This document shows, in pieces, positions 42,481 to 51,323 of a stretch of 64,000 nt of DNA (its first letter is position 1; each line of letters begins with the position of its first letter). Under the pieces are notes generated by a model. It saw only the letters and a list, made by a program, of their open reading frames with translations, made no database searches and was not told where the DNA came from. A program made the position numbers and the translations under genes. Source of the DNA: Actinomycetota bacterium (GTDB lineage Bacteria; Actinomycetota; Nitriliruptoria; Nitriliruptorales; JAHWKO01); the NCBI GenBank assembly GCA_019347675.1, contig JAHWKW010000015.1, positions 17,655-81,654 on the forward strand. The letters are read 5' to 3'.

Positions 42481-43596
42481 TCATGCGCCGGCGCGCTCGA
42501 TCACGTCGGCGTAGACGTCGCGGACCTGCCTGGCCACGACCGGCCAGTCGTAGCGCTGAGCCGTTTCGCGCCCCGCCCGGCTCATGGCCTCGCGCAACGA
42601 CGGGTTGCCCAGGAGGGTGTCCAGCGCCTCAGCGAGTGCCGCGACGTCGCCGGGCGGGACCAGCCGCCCCTCCACCCCGTCACGCAACAGCGTCCGGTAG
42701 CCGGGGATGGCGCTGGCCACCACCGGCGTTCCGGCGGCCATCGCCTCCAACAGCACGATCCCGAACGACTCGCCCCCGAGCGCCGGCGCCGCGAAGACGT
42801 CAGCGGCGGCGTACAGGCTGGGCAGGTCGTCGGGCCTGCTGCGTCCCATGAAGGTGACCTGCGACCGCAGCCGCTCGGGGATGATCGCCTCGCAACGGCG
42901 ACGCTCAGGCCCCTCGCCGACCACGACCAGGCGGGCCGACGGCCGCTGGGTCTTGACGCGGATGAACGCGCGGACGAGCTGTTCGAGACCCTTGCGGCGC
43001 TCGAGGCGTCCGACGAACAGCACGGTGGGGGCGTCGGCGGCGCGGTCGGCGTCGGCGGCCGCTGCCGAGAAGCGATCGAACTCGACGCCGTTGGGGATCT
43101 CCAGGAACGAGCCCGCCGGCAGGCCCAACGCCGCCGCGTGGTAGTCGCGGGCGGGCCGGCTGACGGCGATGCAGGCGTCGAGGCGCCCGATCGCCGCCCG
43201 CAGCAGCGGCCGCGCCGCCCGGTACAGGCGGTCGCGGTCCGACCAGGCGTGGAAGGTCCCGACGAGCGGGTGTCGGGCCCCCAGGCACATCGCCAGCGAC
43301 AGCAGCGGCGCAGCAGGCTCGTGGACGTGCACCACGGCCGGCGCGAAGCCACGCAGCGCCGCCAGCGCACGGCGGATCGCCAGCGGTGAGTACGCGATCG
43401 GCGCCACCGACCGGTTGAACGCGATCCCCACCGAGCCTCCCACGGCGTGGACGTCGTCGGGCGGGTCGTGGCGCGCCGGCGCGACCACCAGCACATCGTC
43501 GCCGCCGATCTTCAGCCGCTCAGCGAGGCGTGTCACGTGCGCCTGGACGCCGCCGGGCACGGTGATGTCGTAGGGGCAGACCAGCGCGACCCTCAT
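42481..43596 (-). CDS. pimA: GT4 glycosyltransferase, phosphatidylinositol mannosyltransferase-like
   Basis: Start at MRVALVCPYDITVPGGVQAHV. E-x7-E region ...ESFGIVLLEAMAAGTPVV. Synteny with the acyltransferase and pgsA. Confidence 0.85.
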   Translation of the reverse strand: MRVALVCPYDITVPGGVQAHVTRLAERLKIGGDDVLVVAPARHDPPDDVHAVGGSVGIAFNRSVAPIAYSPLAIRRALAALRGFAPAVVHVHEPAAPLLSLAMCLGARHPLVGTFHAWSDRDRLYRAARPLLRAAIGRLDACIAVSRPARDYHAAALGLPAGSFLEIPNGVEFDRFSAAAADADRAADAPTVLFVGRLERRKGLEQLVRAFIRVKTQRPSARLVVVGEGPERRRCEAIIPERLRSQVTFMGRSRPDDLPSLYAAADVFAAPALGGESFGIVLLEAMAAGTPVVASAIPGYRTLLRDGVEGRLVPPGDVAALAEALDTLLGNPSLREAMSRAGRETAQRYDWPVVARQVRDVYADVIERAGA

Positions 43597-43606
43597 CGTG
43601 GCACCG

Positions 43607-44611
43607 TCACCGCGGCTCACCGCTGATCGGCGGCTCGCGGTCGTCGCCGCCACGCAGCAGCGAGTGGTCGGGCTCGCGATCCACCAGCCAGTTGGGCACG
43701 AACACGTGCCACTGCTCGGGAGCGAGCCCGATCAGGCGCTCCAGCGCCTGCGCGATCTGTTGGGTGCCGTCCAGGACCGGGAGGTGGGCGATGTCGAGCG
43801 GTTCGTGCACCACCGCCCGCCATCCCCGCGGGGTCGTGAAGCACGCGCCGGGCACGACCGGCCGGCCGGTGCGGCGGGCCAGCGCCGCCGGGCCCGGCGG
43901 CATCCGGCAGGGCTCCCCGAAGAACGTCACGATCGGGCCGGTGCCGGTGAGGTCACGGTCGGCCAGGAGCGTGGCCGTCCCTCCGTCGCGGACCACCTGC
44001 TCGAGGCGGCCCACCGCGTCGCCGCCACGGACCAGCGGGATCACCTCCAGGCCCAGGGCGCGGCGAAGCTCCACGAACCGGTCGAACAGCCGGCGTGGCT
44101 CGAGCAGCTCCGCCACGACGGTCAACCGCCAGTCACGCTGCGTGGAGAAGAACGCCCCGATCTCCCAGGAGCCGAGGTGCCCGGTCGCGAGGATGGCGCC
44201 GCGCCCATCCGAGCGGACCTCGTCGAGGATGCGGGTGTTGACATCCTCAGTGCGTGCCAGCACGTCGTCGGGGTCCAGGGTGTGCACCCGGAAGGAATCC
44301 AGCCAGTACCGGGCGTAGGAGCGGTACGCGTCGCGCACCAGACGATCCAGCTCCCGCCGGGGCGAGCGCCCTGCGGCGCGAGCCTGGTTGCTGCGGACCT
44401 GGTTGCGCTGGCGGCGGGGCGCCAGCCGGTACCACACGTCACCGATGGGGTCGGGGGCCCGCCACGCGAGCGCGTCCGGGAGCCGGGCTGCCGCCGCCCA
44501 CACCGCCCGGTACTGCAGGTAGGTCGCCCACTTCCGGGGGGACATCGGCGGGGCCGGGGGGAGACCCTCCAGACCAGCGACCCGCCGCTGCCGAGGTTCG
44601 TCGTCGTTCAT
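43607..44611 (-). CDS. patA: Lauroyl/HtrB-family acyltransferase (PIM acyltransferase-like)
   Basis: Start at MNDDEP overlaps the pgsA stop (ATGA). ...ILATGHLGSWE... acyltransferase motif. Confidence 0.8.
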   Translation of the reverse strand: MNDDEPRQRRVAGLEGLPPAPPMSPRKWATYLQYRAVWAAAARLPDALAWRAPDPIGDVWYRLAPRRQRNQVRSNQARAAGRSPRRELDRLVRDAYRSYARYWLDSFRVHTLDPDDVLARTEDVNTRILDEVRSDGRGAILATGHLGSWEIGAFFSTQRDWRLTVVAELLEPRRLFDRFVELRRALGLEVIPLVRGGDAVGRLEQVVRDGGTATLLADRDLTGTGPIVTFFGEPCRMPPGPAALARRTGRPVVPGACFTTPRGWRAVVHEPLDIAHLPVLDGTQQIAQALERLIGLAPEQWHVFVPNWLVDREPDHSLLRGGDDREPPISGEPR

Positions 44612-45210
44612 CGCTGCGCCCCGGCGGGTTGGCGGTCGAGCTTGCGCACGACGTGGACGATGCGCTGCACCACAGTGGCCGTCCCTCCGACCGCTAGCAG
44701 CCACAGGACCGGGACCATCAGCCAGCGGTGGAAGATGAGCGCCACGATGATCGCGATGGCGCGTTCGGCACGTTCGACGATCCCGACCGTGCAGCTCGCG
44801 CCCAGCGACTCCGCCTTGGCGCGGACGTAGCTGGTGACCTGCGCGGCGACCAGCGCCAGCGCCGCAGCGGCGAACGTGGCCGGCTGATCACGGACGGCCC
44901 AGGCGATCGCCGCGAGCATCACCCCGTCGGAGATGCGGTCGGCGACCGAGTCGAAGAACCCACCGGCGGGGCTCTCTGCTCCCCTTGCGCGAGCCACCGC
45001 TCCGTCGACGGCGTCCGCCAGGCCACCGGCGACCAGCAAACCTCCGCCCGCCGCGAACCGGCCGGTCACGACCAGGCCGGCGGCCACGGCGGTGAGAACC
45101 AGCCCTGCCGCGGTCACCCAGTTGGCGGTGATCCCCAGCCGTGCCAGGCCCACGCCGACCGGGTCGATGATGCGGCGCAACAGGTCGCGACCGTGGGCGT
45201 CGAGAGCCAC
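44608..45210 (-). CDS. pgsA: CDP-alcohol phosphatidyltransferase (phosphatidylinositol phosphate synthase-like)
   Basis: 200 aa. DAVDGAVARA...GGFFDSVADRISD is the CDP-alcohol motif. Confidence 0.85.
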   Translation of the reverse strand: MALDAHGRDLLRRIIDPVGVGLARLGITANWVTAAGLVLTAVAAGLVVTGRFAAGGGLLVAGGLADAVDGAVARARGAESPAGGFFDSVADRISDGVMLAAIAWAVRDQPATFAAAALALVAAQVTSYVRAKAESLGASCTVGIVERAERAIAIIVALIFHRWLMVPVLWLLAVGGTATVVQRIVHVVRKLDRQPAGAQR

Positions 45211-45359
45211 TTCATCCCCTGCCGTGGAGCGGGTCAGCGGCGGCGACGGTACGGACGGCCGGCAGCGGGGGCAAGGTCGCAGACCGGCCCCCGCCGGCGC
45301 CGCAACGACTCTACGATGGCCCCCCCGCCGACAGGGCGGGGCGGGCGGAAGGCATCAAC

Positions 45360-47411
45360 ATGTCGAAGGATCTGAGCGTCCCCACCGAGAAGCTGCGCAA
45401 CGTGCTGCTCCTCGGGCACACGGGGACGGGCAAGACCACCTTGACGGAGGCCCTTCTGGAGGCCGCCGGCCTGATCGGACGCCGGGGAAGTACGGCCGAC
45501 GGCGCGGCAACGCTCGACTTCGAACCTGAGGAGCAGGACCGCCACCACACGCTGGGCTTGGCGATGGCTGCGATCCCCTGGCGTGGCTACAAGCTGAACC
45601 TGCTCGACGCGCCAGGCGGTGCCGAAGCCATCGGCGACGCCTACTCCGCGCTCGCCGCGGCCGACGTGGCGGTCTTCGTGGTCGACGCCACCGCCGGCGT
45701 CCAGCCGCAGCACGAGGAGCTGTGGGCGGCCTGCGACGAGGTGTCGCTGCCGCGGGTGGTGTTCCTCAACAAGCTCGACAAGGACACCGCCGGTTTCCAA
45801 CGCAGCGTCGATGAGCTCCGCCAGCGGTACGGCCGGGCGTTGGCTCCAGTGCACATGCCGATCGGGATCGGGCCCGACTTCACCGGTGTGATCGACCTGC
45901 TGCACTTCACCGCGGTGCAGCTGAAGGACGGCGAGCGGGTCGAGCAGGAGGTCCCGGCCGAGCGCCGCGCACAGGCCGAGACCAACCGCGAGTTCCTGGT
46001 CGAGGCGATCGTCGAGAACGATGACGACCTGCTCGAACGCTACCTGGAAGGCGACGTCCCCGACGCCAAGGAACTCGGCGCGGTCTTCGCCCGCGGGATG
46101 GCCCGCTCGGGGTTCTACCCGTTGCTGTGCGGCTCGGCGGAGCTGGCCCTCGGCGTGTACCTCCTCGCGGACTTCGTGGTCGATCAGTGCCCGTCGCCGA
46201 CCGACCGTGCCGCCGTCGCCACCACCACCGACGGCGCCACCACCGCAACGGTCGTCAAGACGTTCTCCGATCCCTACGTCGGTCGCATCAACCTGTTGCG
46301 GGTGCTGTCGGGGATGCTCACCGCGGACGACCACCTGATCGACGCGCGTACCGGGAGCGAGCTGCGCATGCACCAGCTGTTCACGCTGCGCGGCAAGGAA
46401 CAGATCCCGGTGTCGCAGGTGCCCGCCGGCGACCTGGTGGCGGTCGCCAAGCTCGACGACGTGCTCACCGGTGACGTCCTGCACGCCAAAGGCGCCACGC
46501 CTCCGCAGGTCGCGGCGGTCGAAGCGCCCGAGCCGTACTTCCGCGTGGCGGTCACGCCTCACAGTGCCGGCGACGAGGACAAGCTGTCCACCGGCCTGGC
46601 GCGGATCGTCGAGGAGGACGCCAGCCTCCGGGTCGAACGTGACCCCGTCACCCACCAGATGGTGCTCCGCGCGTACGGACCGACGCACGTGGACGTGACG
46701 CGCCGACGCCTGCAGCGCAAGTTCGGCGTGGAGGTGGAACAGTCCCCGCCGAAGATCGCCTACCGCGAAACGCTGAAGGGCCGCGCGCAGGGGCTGGGGC
46801 GCCACGTCAAGCAGACCGGTGGGCACGGCCAGTACGGCATCGCACACGTCGAGGTGGAGCCGCTGCCGCGCGGTGCGGGGTTCGTGTTCGAGGACGCCAT
46901 CGTGGGCGGAGTGATCCCCAACCAGTTCATCGCCTCGGTCGAGAAGGGGGTGCTCGAGGCGATGCAGCGGGGGGTGCTCGCCGGCTGCCCGGTCGTGGAC
47001 GTCAAGGTCCGCCTGTTCGACGGCAAGCACCACTCGGTTGACTCGTCGGACATGGCGTTCCAGATGGCCGGGATCGTCGCGTTCAAGGACGCCGCCGGCA
47101 AGGCGGGCGTGAAGCTCCTCGAGCCGGTGCTGGAGGTGGACGTCTCGATCCCCGACGACCTGACGGGGGACGTGATGGGCGACCTGTCGGCGCGACGGGG
47201 ACGTATCCAGGGCACGGACCCGGCCGGGCCGGCACGGCAGATGGTGCACGCGCTGGTGCCCGAGGCCGAGATGCTCACCTACGTCGCGGAACTGCGGGCG
47301 CTCACGTCCGGGCGCGGCACGGTGGCGATGCGGTACCACCACCACCAGGAGGTCCCCGACCACATCGCCCAGAGGATCGCCGCGCAGGCCGACAGCGACC
47401 GCCAGGACTGA
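45360..47411 (+). CDS. Elongation factor G paralogue (EF-G2-like GTPase)
   Basis: 683 aa. RNVLLLGHTGTGKTTLTEALL, DAPGG, NKLD, and EF-G domains IV/V (...HSVDSSDMAFQMAG...). Confidence 0.9.
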   Translation: MSKDLSVPTEKLRNVLLLGHTGTGKTTLTEALLEAAGLIGRRGSTADGAATLDFEPEEQDRHHTLGLAMAAIPWRGYKLNLLDAPGGAEAIGDAYSALAAADVAVFVVDATAGVQPQHEELWAACDEVSLPRVVFLNKLDKDTAGFQRSVDELRQRYGRALAPVHMPIGIGPDFTGVIDLLHFTAVQLKDGERVEQEVPAERRAQAETNREFLVEAIVENDDDLLERYLEGDVPDAKELGAVFARGMARSGFYPLLCGSAELALGVYLLADFVVDQCPSPTDRAAVATTTDGATTATVVKTFSDPYVGRINLLRVLSGMLTADDHLIDARTGSELRMHQLFTLRGKEQIPVSQVPAGDLVAVAKLDDVLTGDVLHAKGATPPQVAAVEAPEPYFRVAVTPHSAGDEDKLSTGLARIVEEDASLRVERDPVTHQMVLRAYGPTHVDVTRRRLQRKFGVEVEQSPPKIAYRETLKGRAQGLGRHVKQTGGHGQYGIAHVEVEPLPRGAGFVFEDAIVGGVIPNQFIASVEKGVLEAMQRGVLAGCPVVDVKVRLFDGKHHSVDSSDMAFQMAGIVAFKDAAGKAGVKLLEPVLEVDVSIPDDLTGDVMGDLSARRGRIQGTDPAGPARQMVHALVPEAEMLTYVAELRALTSGRGTVAMRYHHHQEVPDHIAQRIAAQADSDRQD

Positions 47412-47429
47412 CGCCGAGCGGGGCCGGGA

Positions 47430-48044
47430 TCAGCCGAAGGCGGGCGCCAGCTCGTCGTACAGCTCGGTGAGCGCCCGCGGCAGGATCCGGGTCGCCCCGA
47501 TCACCGACACGAAGTTGGTGTCGCCGAGCCAGCGCGGCACCGCGTGCAGGTGGAGGTGATCGCTGATGCCCGCCCCGGCAGCGGCTCCCAGGTTCATGCC
47601 GAGGTTGACGCCCTCGGCGTCGAGCCGATCCTTGACCACGGCGACACAGCGCCGCCCGAGCTCCCACAGCTCCGCGGCGGTGGGCTCATCGAGGTCCTCG
47701 AGGTTGGCGGTGTGGGCGAACGGAACCACCATCAGGTGACCGGGGTTGTAGGGGTAGGCGTTGAAGATCACGTAGCAGCGCTCCCCGCGGTACACGATCA
47801 GGTTCTCGCGGTCGCGGTCGGGTCCACGGCCGGGCAGCACGCAGAACGGGCAACCGTCGACCGGGTCACCACCGGCGATGTACCCGAACCGCCACGGCGC
47901 CCACAGCCGCTGGATCCCGTCCACAGGCGGGGGCTGACCGGCCTCGGGCGTGCGCACCACCCGACCCCACATCGGGGTGTCCTCGACCTCGGGCACGGCC
48001 TGGAGGTCGTCGCCGACCGAGCCGGGGGGGTTGACGTCGGCCAC
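47430..48044 (-). CDS. HIT-family nucleotidyl transferase/hydrolase (Rv2613c-like)
   Basis: NAYPYNPGHLMVVP and HLHLHAVPRW histidine triad. The start is either GTG at 48044 (GGGAGG RBS, 2 nt after the thrS stop) or Met at 47972. Confidence 0.8.
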   Translation of the reverse strand: MADVNPPGSVGDDLQAVPEVEDTPMWGRVVRTPEAGQPPPVDGIQRLWAPWRFGYIAGGDPVDGCPFCVLPGRGPDRDRENLIVYRGERCYVIFNAYPYNPGHLMVVPFAHTANLEDLDEPTAAELWELGRRCVAVVKDRLDAEGVNLGMNLGAAAGAGISDHLHLHAVPRWLGDTNFVSVIGATRILPRALTELYDELAPAFG

Positions 48045-48046
48045 CG

Positions 48047-50047
48047 TCAGCCTCCCGACGGGGCGCCGGCGCGACGCTCGCGCACCTCGGCGGTCAGCTC
48101 GGTGACCCACTCGGCGAGCCCGATCCCGGAGCGCTGATCGCCCTGGTAGGGGCGGACCGACACCGTGCGGGCTTCCTCCTCGCGGCCCCCGACCACCGCC
48201 AGGTACGGGATCTTGTCGATCTGCCCCTTGCGGATCTTGTTGCCCAGGGTGTCGTCGGAGTCGTCGACCTCGACCCGCAGGCCAGCGTCGCGGACGGCGT
48301 CGGCGACCGCGTTGGCGTACCCGGCGAAGTCGGCCGCCACCGGGACGACCGCCACCTGGACCGGAGCCAGCCACAGCGGGAACGCCCCGTTGAACGACTC
48401 GAGCATCACGGCGAAGAACCGCTCGATCGAACCGAACAGCGCCCGGTGGATCATGAACGGCCGGTGGTGTTGTCCGTCCTCACCGACGTAGGTCACGTCG
48501 AACCGCTCGGGGAGGTTGAAGTCCACCTGGATGGTGGTGAGCTGCCACTCGCGACCGATCGCGTCGCGGGCATGCATGTCGATCTTCGGCCCGTAGAAGG
48601 CGCCCTCTCCGGCGTCGAGCTGATAGTCGAGGCCGGCACGCTGCACCGCATCGACCAGCGCCTTCTCGGCCACGTCCCAGTCCTCGTCGCGGCCGATCGC
48701 CTTCTCAGGTCTGGTCGACACCGCCACCCGTGAGGGGCGGCCGAAGCCGAAATCGCGGTAGAGGTCGAGGGTGAAGCGGATCACCGCGACGACCTCGTCG
48801 ACCACCTGGTCGCGGGTGCAGAAGATGTGCGAGTCGTCCTGGGTGAACCCGCGGGCACGGAGCATCGCGTTCACGACACCGGACTTCTCGAAACGGTAGA
48901 CCGTCCCGAGCTCCGCGAGTCGCAGCGGGAGCTCCCGGTAGGAGCGAACCCTCGACTGGTACGCCAGGATGTGGAACGGGCAGTTCATCGGCTTGGCGTA
49001 GTACTCGAGGTTCTCGAGCTCCATCGCCGGGAACATGTTCTCGCGGTAGTAATCCAGGTGGCCGGAGGTCTCCCACAGCATCCCCTTGGCGACGTGGGGC
49101 GTGTACACCGGCTGGTAGCCGCGTCGCAGGTGCTCCTCGCGGGCCCAGTCCTCCATCTGTTTGCGGACGATCGCCCCCTTGGGGAGCCAGATGGTCATGC
49201 CAGGGCCGAGCTCCTCGGCGAAGTGCACCAGCTCCAGCTGCGGCCCGAGCTTGCGATGGTCGCGCTTGCGGGCCTCGTCCAGGCGGCGCAGGTGCTCGTC
49301 GAGGGCTCTCCGCGACTCCCATGCGGTGCCGTAGATACGCTGCAGCATCGGTTGTGACTCGTCGCCACGCCAGTACGCCCCGGCGGTGCGTAGCAGCTTG
49401 AACGCCGGCACCCAGCCGCTGTCGGGCAGGTGTGGTCCGCGACACAGGTCGGCCCAGCGCTCCCGGACCTGACCGTCTTGTTCGATGACGTTGCGGTAGA
49501 CGGTGACGGTTCCGCCGGTCTGGCCGTGGCCGGCGGGCCCGACGCGACGCCCGTCCTCGGTGACGACCTCGACCTCCGATGGGTCGAGTCGCTCGATGAT
49601 CTCGCGCTTGTACGGCTGGTCGGCGAAAAGCCGCAGCGCCTCGTCGCGGGACAGCTCGTCGCGTTCGAAGCGTTGCTTCTCGCGGACGAGGTCACGCATC
49701 CGGTCCTCGATGCGCTCGAGATCGTCCGGTGTGAACGGCTGGTCGACGTCGAAGTCGTAGTAGAAGCCGTCCTCGATCGGCGGGCCGATCGCGAACTTGG
49801 CGTGGGGGTACAGCTGCGTGACCGCTTGGGCCATCAGGTGCGCGACGGAGTGGCGCAGGATCGCCCGGCCGCGGTCGGTGCCGACCTGGATGGGCTCCAC
49901 GTGCGCGTCGTCGGGGACAGGCCGGTCGAGGTCCCAGTCCTCGGGCGGGCCGGAGCCGGTGGTGACCAGGGCGGCAACGACCCGGCCCTGGAGCTGACCG
50001 CGCTCGGCCAGGAGCTCTCGGGCGGTGGGTCGGCTGTCAGCGCTCAC
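48047..50047 (-). CDS. thrS: Threonine--tRNA ligase
   Basis: GTG start at VSADSRP, preceded by AGGAGG-N6. HSVAHLMAQAV, ...RGFTQDDSHIF..., class II motifs and the anticodon-binding domain. Confidence 0.95.
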   Translation of the reverse strand: MSADSRPTARELLAERGQLQGRVVAALVTTGSGPPEDWDLDRPVPDDAHVEPIQVGTDRGRAILRHSVAHLMAQAVTQLYPHAKFAIGPPIEDGFYYDFDVDQPFTPDDLERIEDRMRDLVREKQRFERDELSRDEALRLFADQPYKREIIERLDPSEVEVVTEDGRRVGPAGHGQTGGTVTVYRNVIEQDGQVRERWADLCRGPHLPDSGWVPAFKLLRTAGAYWRGDESQPMLQRIYGTAWESRRALDEHLRRLDEARKRDHRKLGPQLELVHFAEELGPGMTIWLPKGAIVRKQMEDWAREEHLRRGYQPVYTPHVAKGMLWETSGHLDYYRENMFPAMELENLEYYAKPMNCPFHILAYQSRVRSYRELPLRLAELGTVYRFEKSGVVNAMLRARGFTQDDSHIFCTRDQVVDEVVAVIRFTLDLYRDFGFGRPSRVAVSTRPEKAIGRDEDWDVAEKALVDAVQRAGLDYQLDAGEGAFYGPKIDMHARDAIGREWQLTTIQVDFNLPERFDVTYVGEDGQHHRPFMIHRALFGSIERFFAVMLESFNGAFPLWLAPVQVAVVPVAADFAGYANAVADAVRDAGLRVEVDDSDDTLGNKIRKGQIDKIPYLAVVGGREEEARTVSVRPYQGDQRSGIGLAEWVTELTAEVRERRAGAPSGG

Positions 50048-50386
50048 GTGGCACCTCCTCTCGGGCATCGAGGGTAACCGCGGCGGCTGTGCAGGTCGGC
50101 CGGCGGCCTGCGGCTCACTCGCTGTGCAGAGCAAGCGCCCATCCCGCCTGCAACTCGGCGCAGCCGGACGCCGAAGACCTCCCGCGCGTCAGAGGGGACC
50201 AACCAGCGGGTGCGACGTCCCCCGTCGGCGACCAGCGTCAGGAACACGTCCTCGGCGGCGGGCCCGTCGTCCTTGGTGAGGAAAGGCCGCCGCGACCGCG
50301 TCGAGGGTCGTTTGGATGCCAGCGCGTCACCCGCGTGCGTCGCGGTCGGCGGGAACGGTGCTGGCCCCGCGTCGGCGGGGGCCGGG

Positions 50387-50459
50387 TGGGCGCGGCTGGG
50401 ATCGAACCAGCGGCCTCTCGCGTGTGAGGCGAGCGCTCATCCCACTGAGCTACGCGCCC
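50387..50459 (-). tRNA. tRNA-Val (anticodon CAC)
   Basis: GGGCGCGTAGCTCAGTGGGATGAGCGCTCGCCTCACACGCGAGAGGCCGCTGGTTCGATCCCAGCCGCGCCCA. All four stems pair perfectly. T-loop TTCGATC, anticodon loop CT-CAC-AC. Coordinates are within 1 nt. Confidence 0.9.
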
Positions 50460-50508
50460 GGAACCGTTGAGGCTACCCCATGGCGGCGCCGGCGACGACG
50501 CGCGACAG

Positions 50509-51228
50509 TCAATCGCCGGGCGGGAGACGGACCTCGGCGAGCTGGCGGTTGCCGGGCGCGGTGGGACGCTGGCTGGCCGACTCGACGGTGACCACGACCG
50601 CGTCGGCGTCCGCGACCTGCATCGCGAACGGGACGGCGCCGTCCTGCGGGGCGCGGCCCACGTCCACCACGCTGGCACGGCCGTCGTCGACCCGCCAGAG
50701 CACCACCACCTCGTCTTCACCGAGCTCAGGGAAGGCCTCGAGGCTCACGGCCAGGTGACCGTCGGACACCGCCGCCGCACCGGTCACACCAGCCGACGTG
50801 CGCACGTCGAGCGGGTCGCCGGACGCGAGGATGGACAGGACCTCGGCCTGACGCTCCACCACCGCCTCGTAATTACCGGTGACGCGACGCAGGTGGTAGT
50901 TCCAGAACAGGACCGTCAGCACGACCATCGTGGCCAGGACGGCACCGACGCGGAGCGCCGGCCGCGACCAGCGTTCCCACCGCGAGCGGTCGTCTGCGTC
51001 GTGGTGATCGACGCGCCGAACCGTCTCGGTCGCGACGGCGGCGCGGCGACGCTCCTGGCGCTCGGTGGCTGCCAGCTCGGCCGCCAGGTCACGTAGCTCC
51101 GCGACACGTAACCGGCAGTCGCGGCAGCTGAGCAGGTGCGCGCGGAACTCCGCGGAGTCCTGCGAATCCAGGCCGCCCAGGACGTGAGCAAGGGCGAGGT
51201 CCTCGTACCGCTGGTGGGACTCGGCCAT
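50509..51228 (-). CDS. Zinc-finger anti-sigma factor (RskA-like)
   Basis: Start at MAESHQRYEDLALAHVLGGL. H-x3-C-x2-C (HLLSCRDCR), one TM helix and an extracytoplasmic C-terminal domain. Confidence 0.65.
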   Translation of the reverse strand: MAESHQRYEDLALAHVLGGLDSQDSAEFRAHLLSCRDCRLRVAELRDLAAELAATERQERRRAAVATETVRRVDHHDADDRSRWERWSRPALRVGAVLATMVVLTVLFWNYHLRRVTGNYEAVVERQAEVLSILASGDPLDVRTSAGVTGAAAVSDGHLAVSLEAFPELGEDEVVVLWRVDDGRASVVDVGRAPQDGAVPFAMQVADADAVVVTVESASQRPTAPGNRQLAEVRLPPGD

Positions 51229-51323
51229 GACTTCCAGGATAACCGCGGGCCTGACGCGCCGGTTCTCCGAACGGCCTAGACCTCCCGCGGTACGGTCGGC
51301 GCGATGCGGTCGAGGAACGCCGT

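Noticed and set aside
45234-47363. Very long antisense ORFs, for example 45234-47363 (-) opposite the EF-G gene, 5872-7560 (+) and 7425-9143 (+) opposite pilT/pilB, 55594-57507 (-) opposite VanW, and 60135-62033 (+).
   Set aside because: They have the Arg/Gly/Pro/His-rich composition typical of off-frame translation in high-GC DNA. None carries a recognisable motif. Each lies fully opposite a gene with unambiguous family signatures.
47990-50110. Apparent single-base frame disagreements in the HIT gene and thrS when I hand-translated the printed sequence across the line breaks near 48000/48001, 48060/48061, 50040/50041 and 50100/50101.
   Set aside because: The supplied ORF track gives uninterrupted, fully conserved HIT and ThrRS proteins. 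The discrepancies sit exactly at print line boundaries and cancel in pairs. Most likely they are my character-level reading or a formatting issue, not biology. CDS coordinates were therefore derived by counting residues in the ORF track. Small DNA features may be off by 1 nt.
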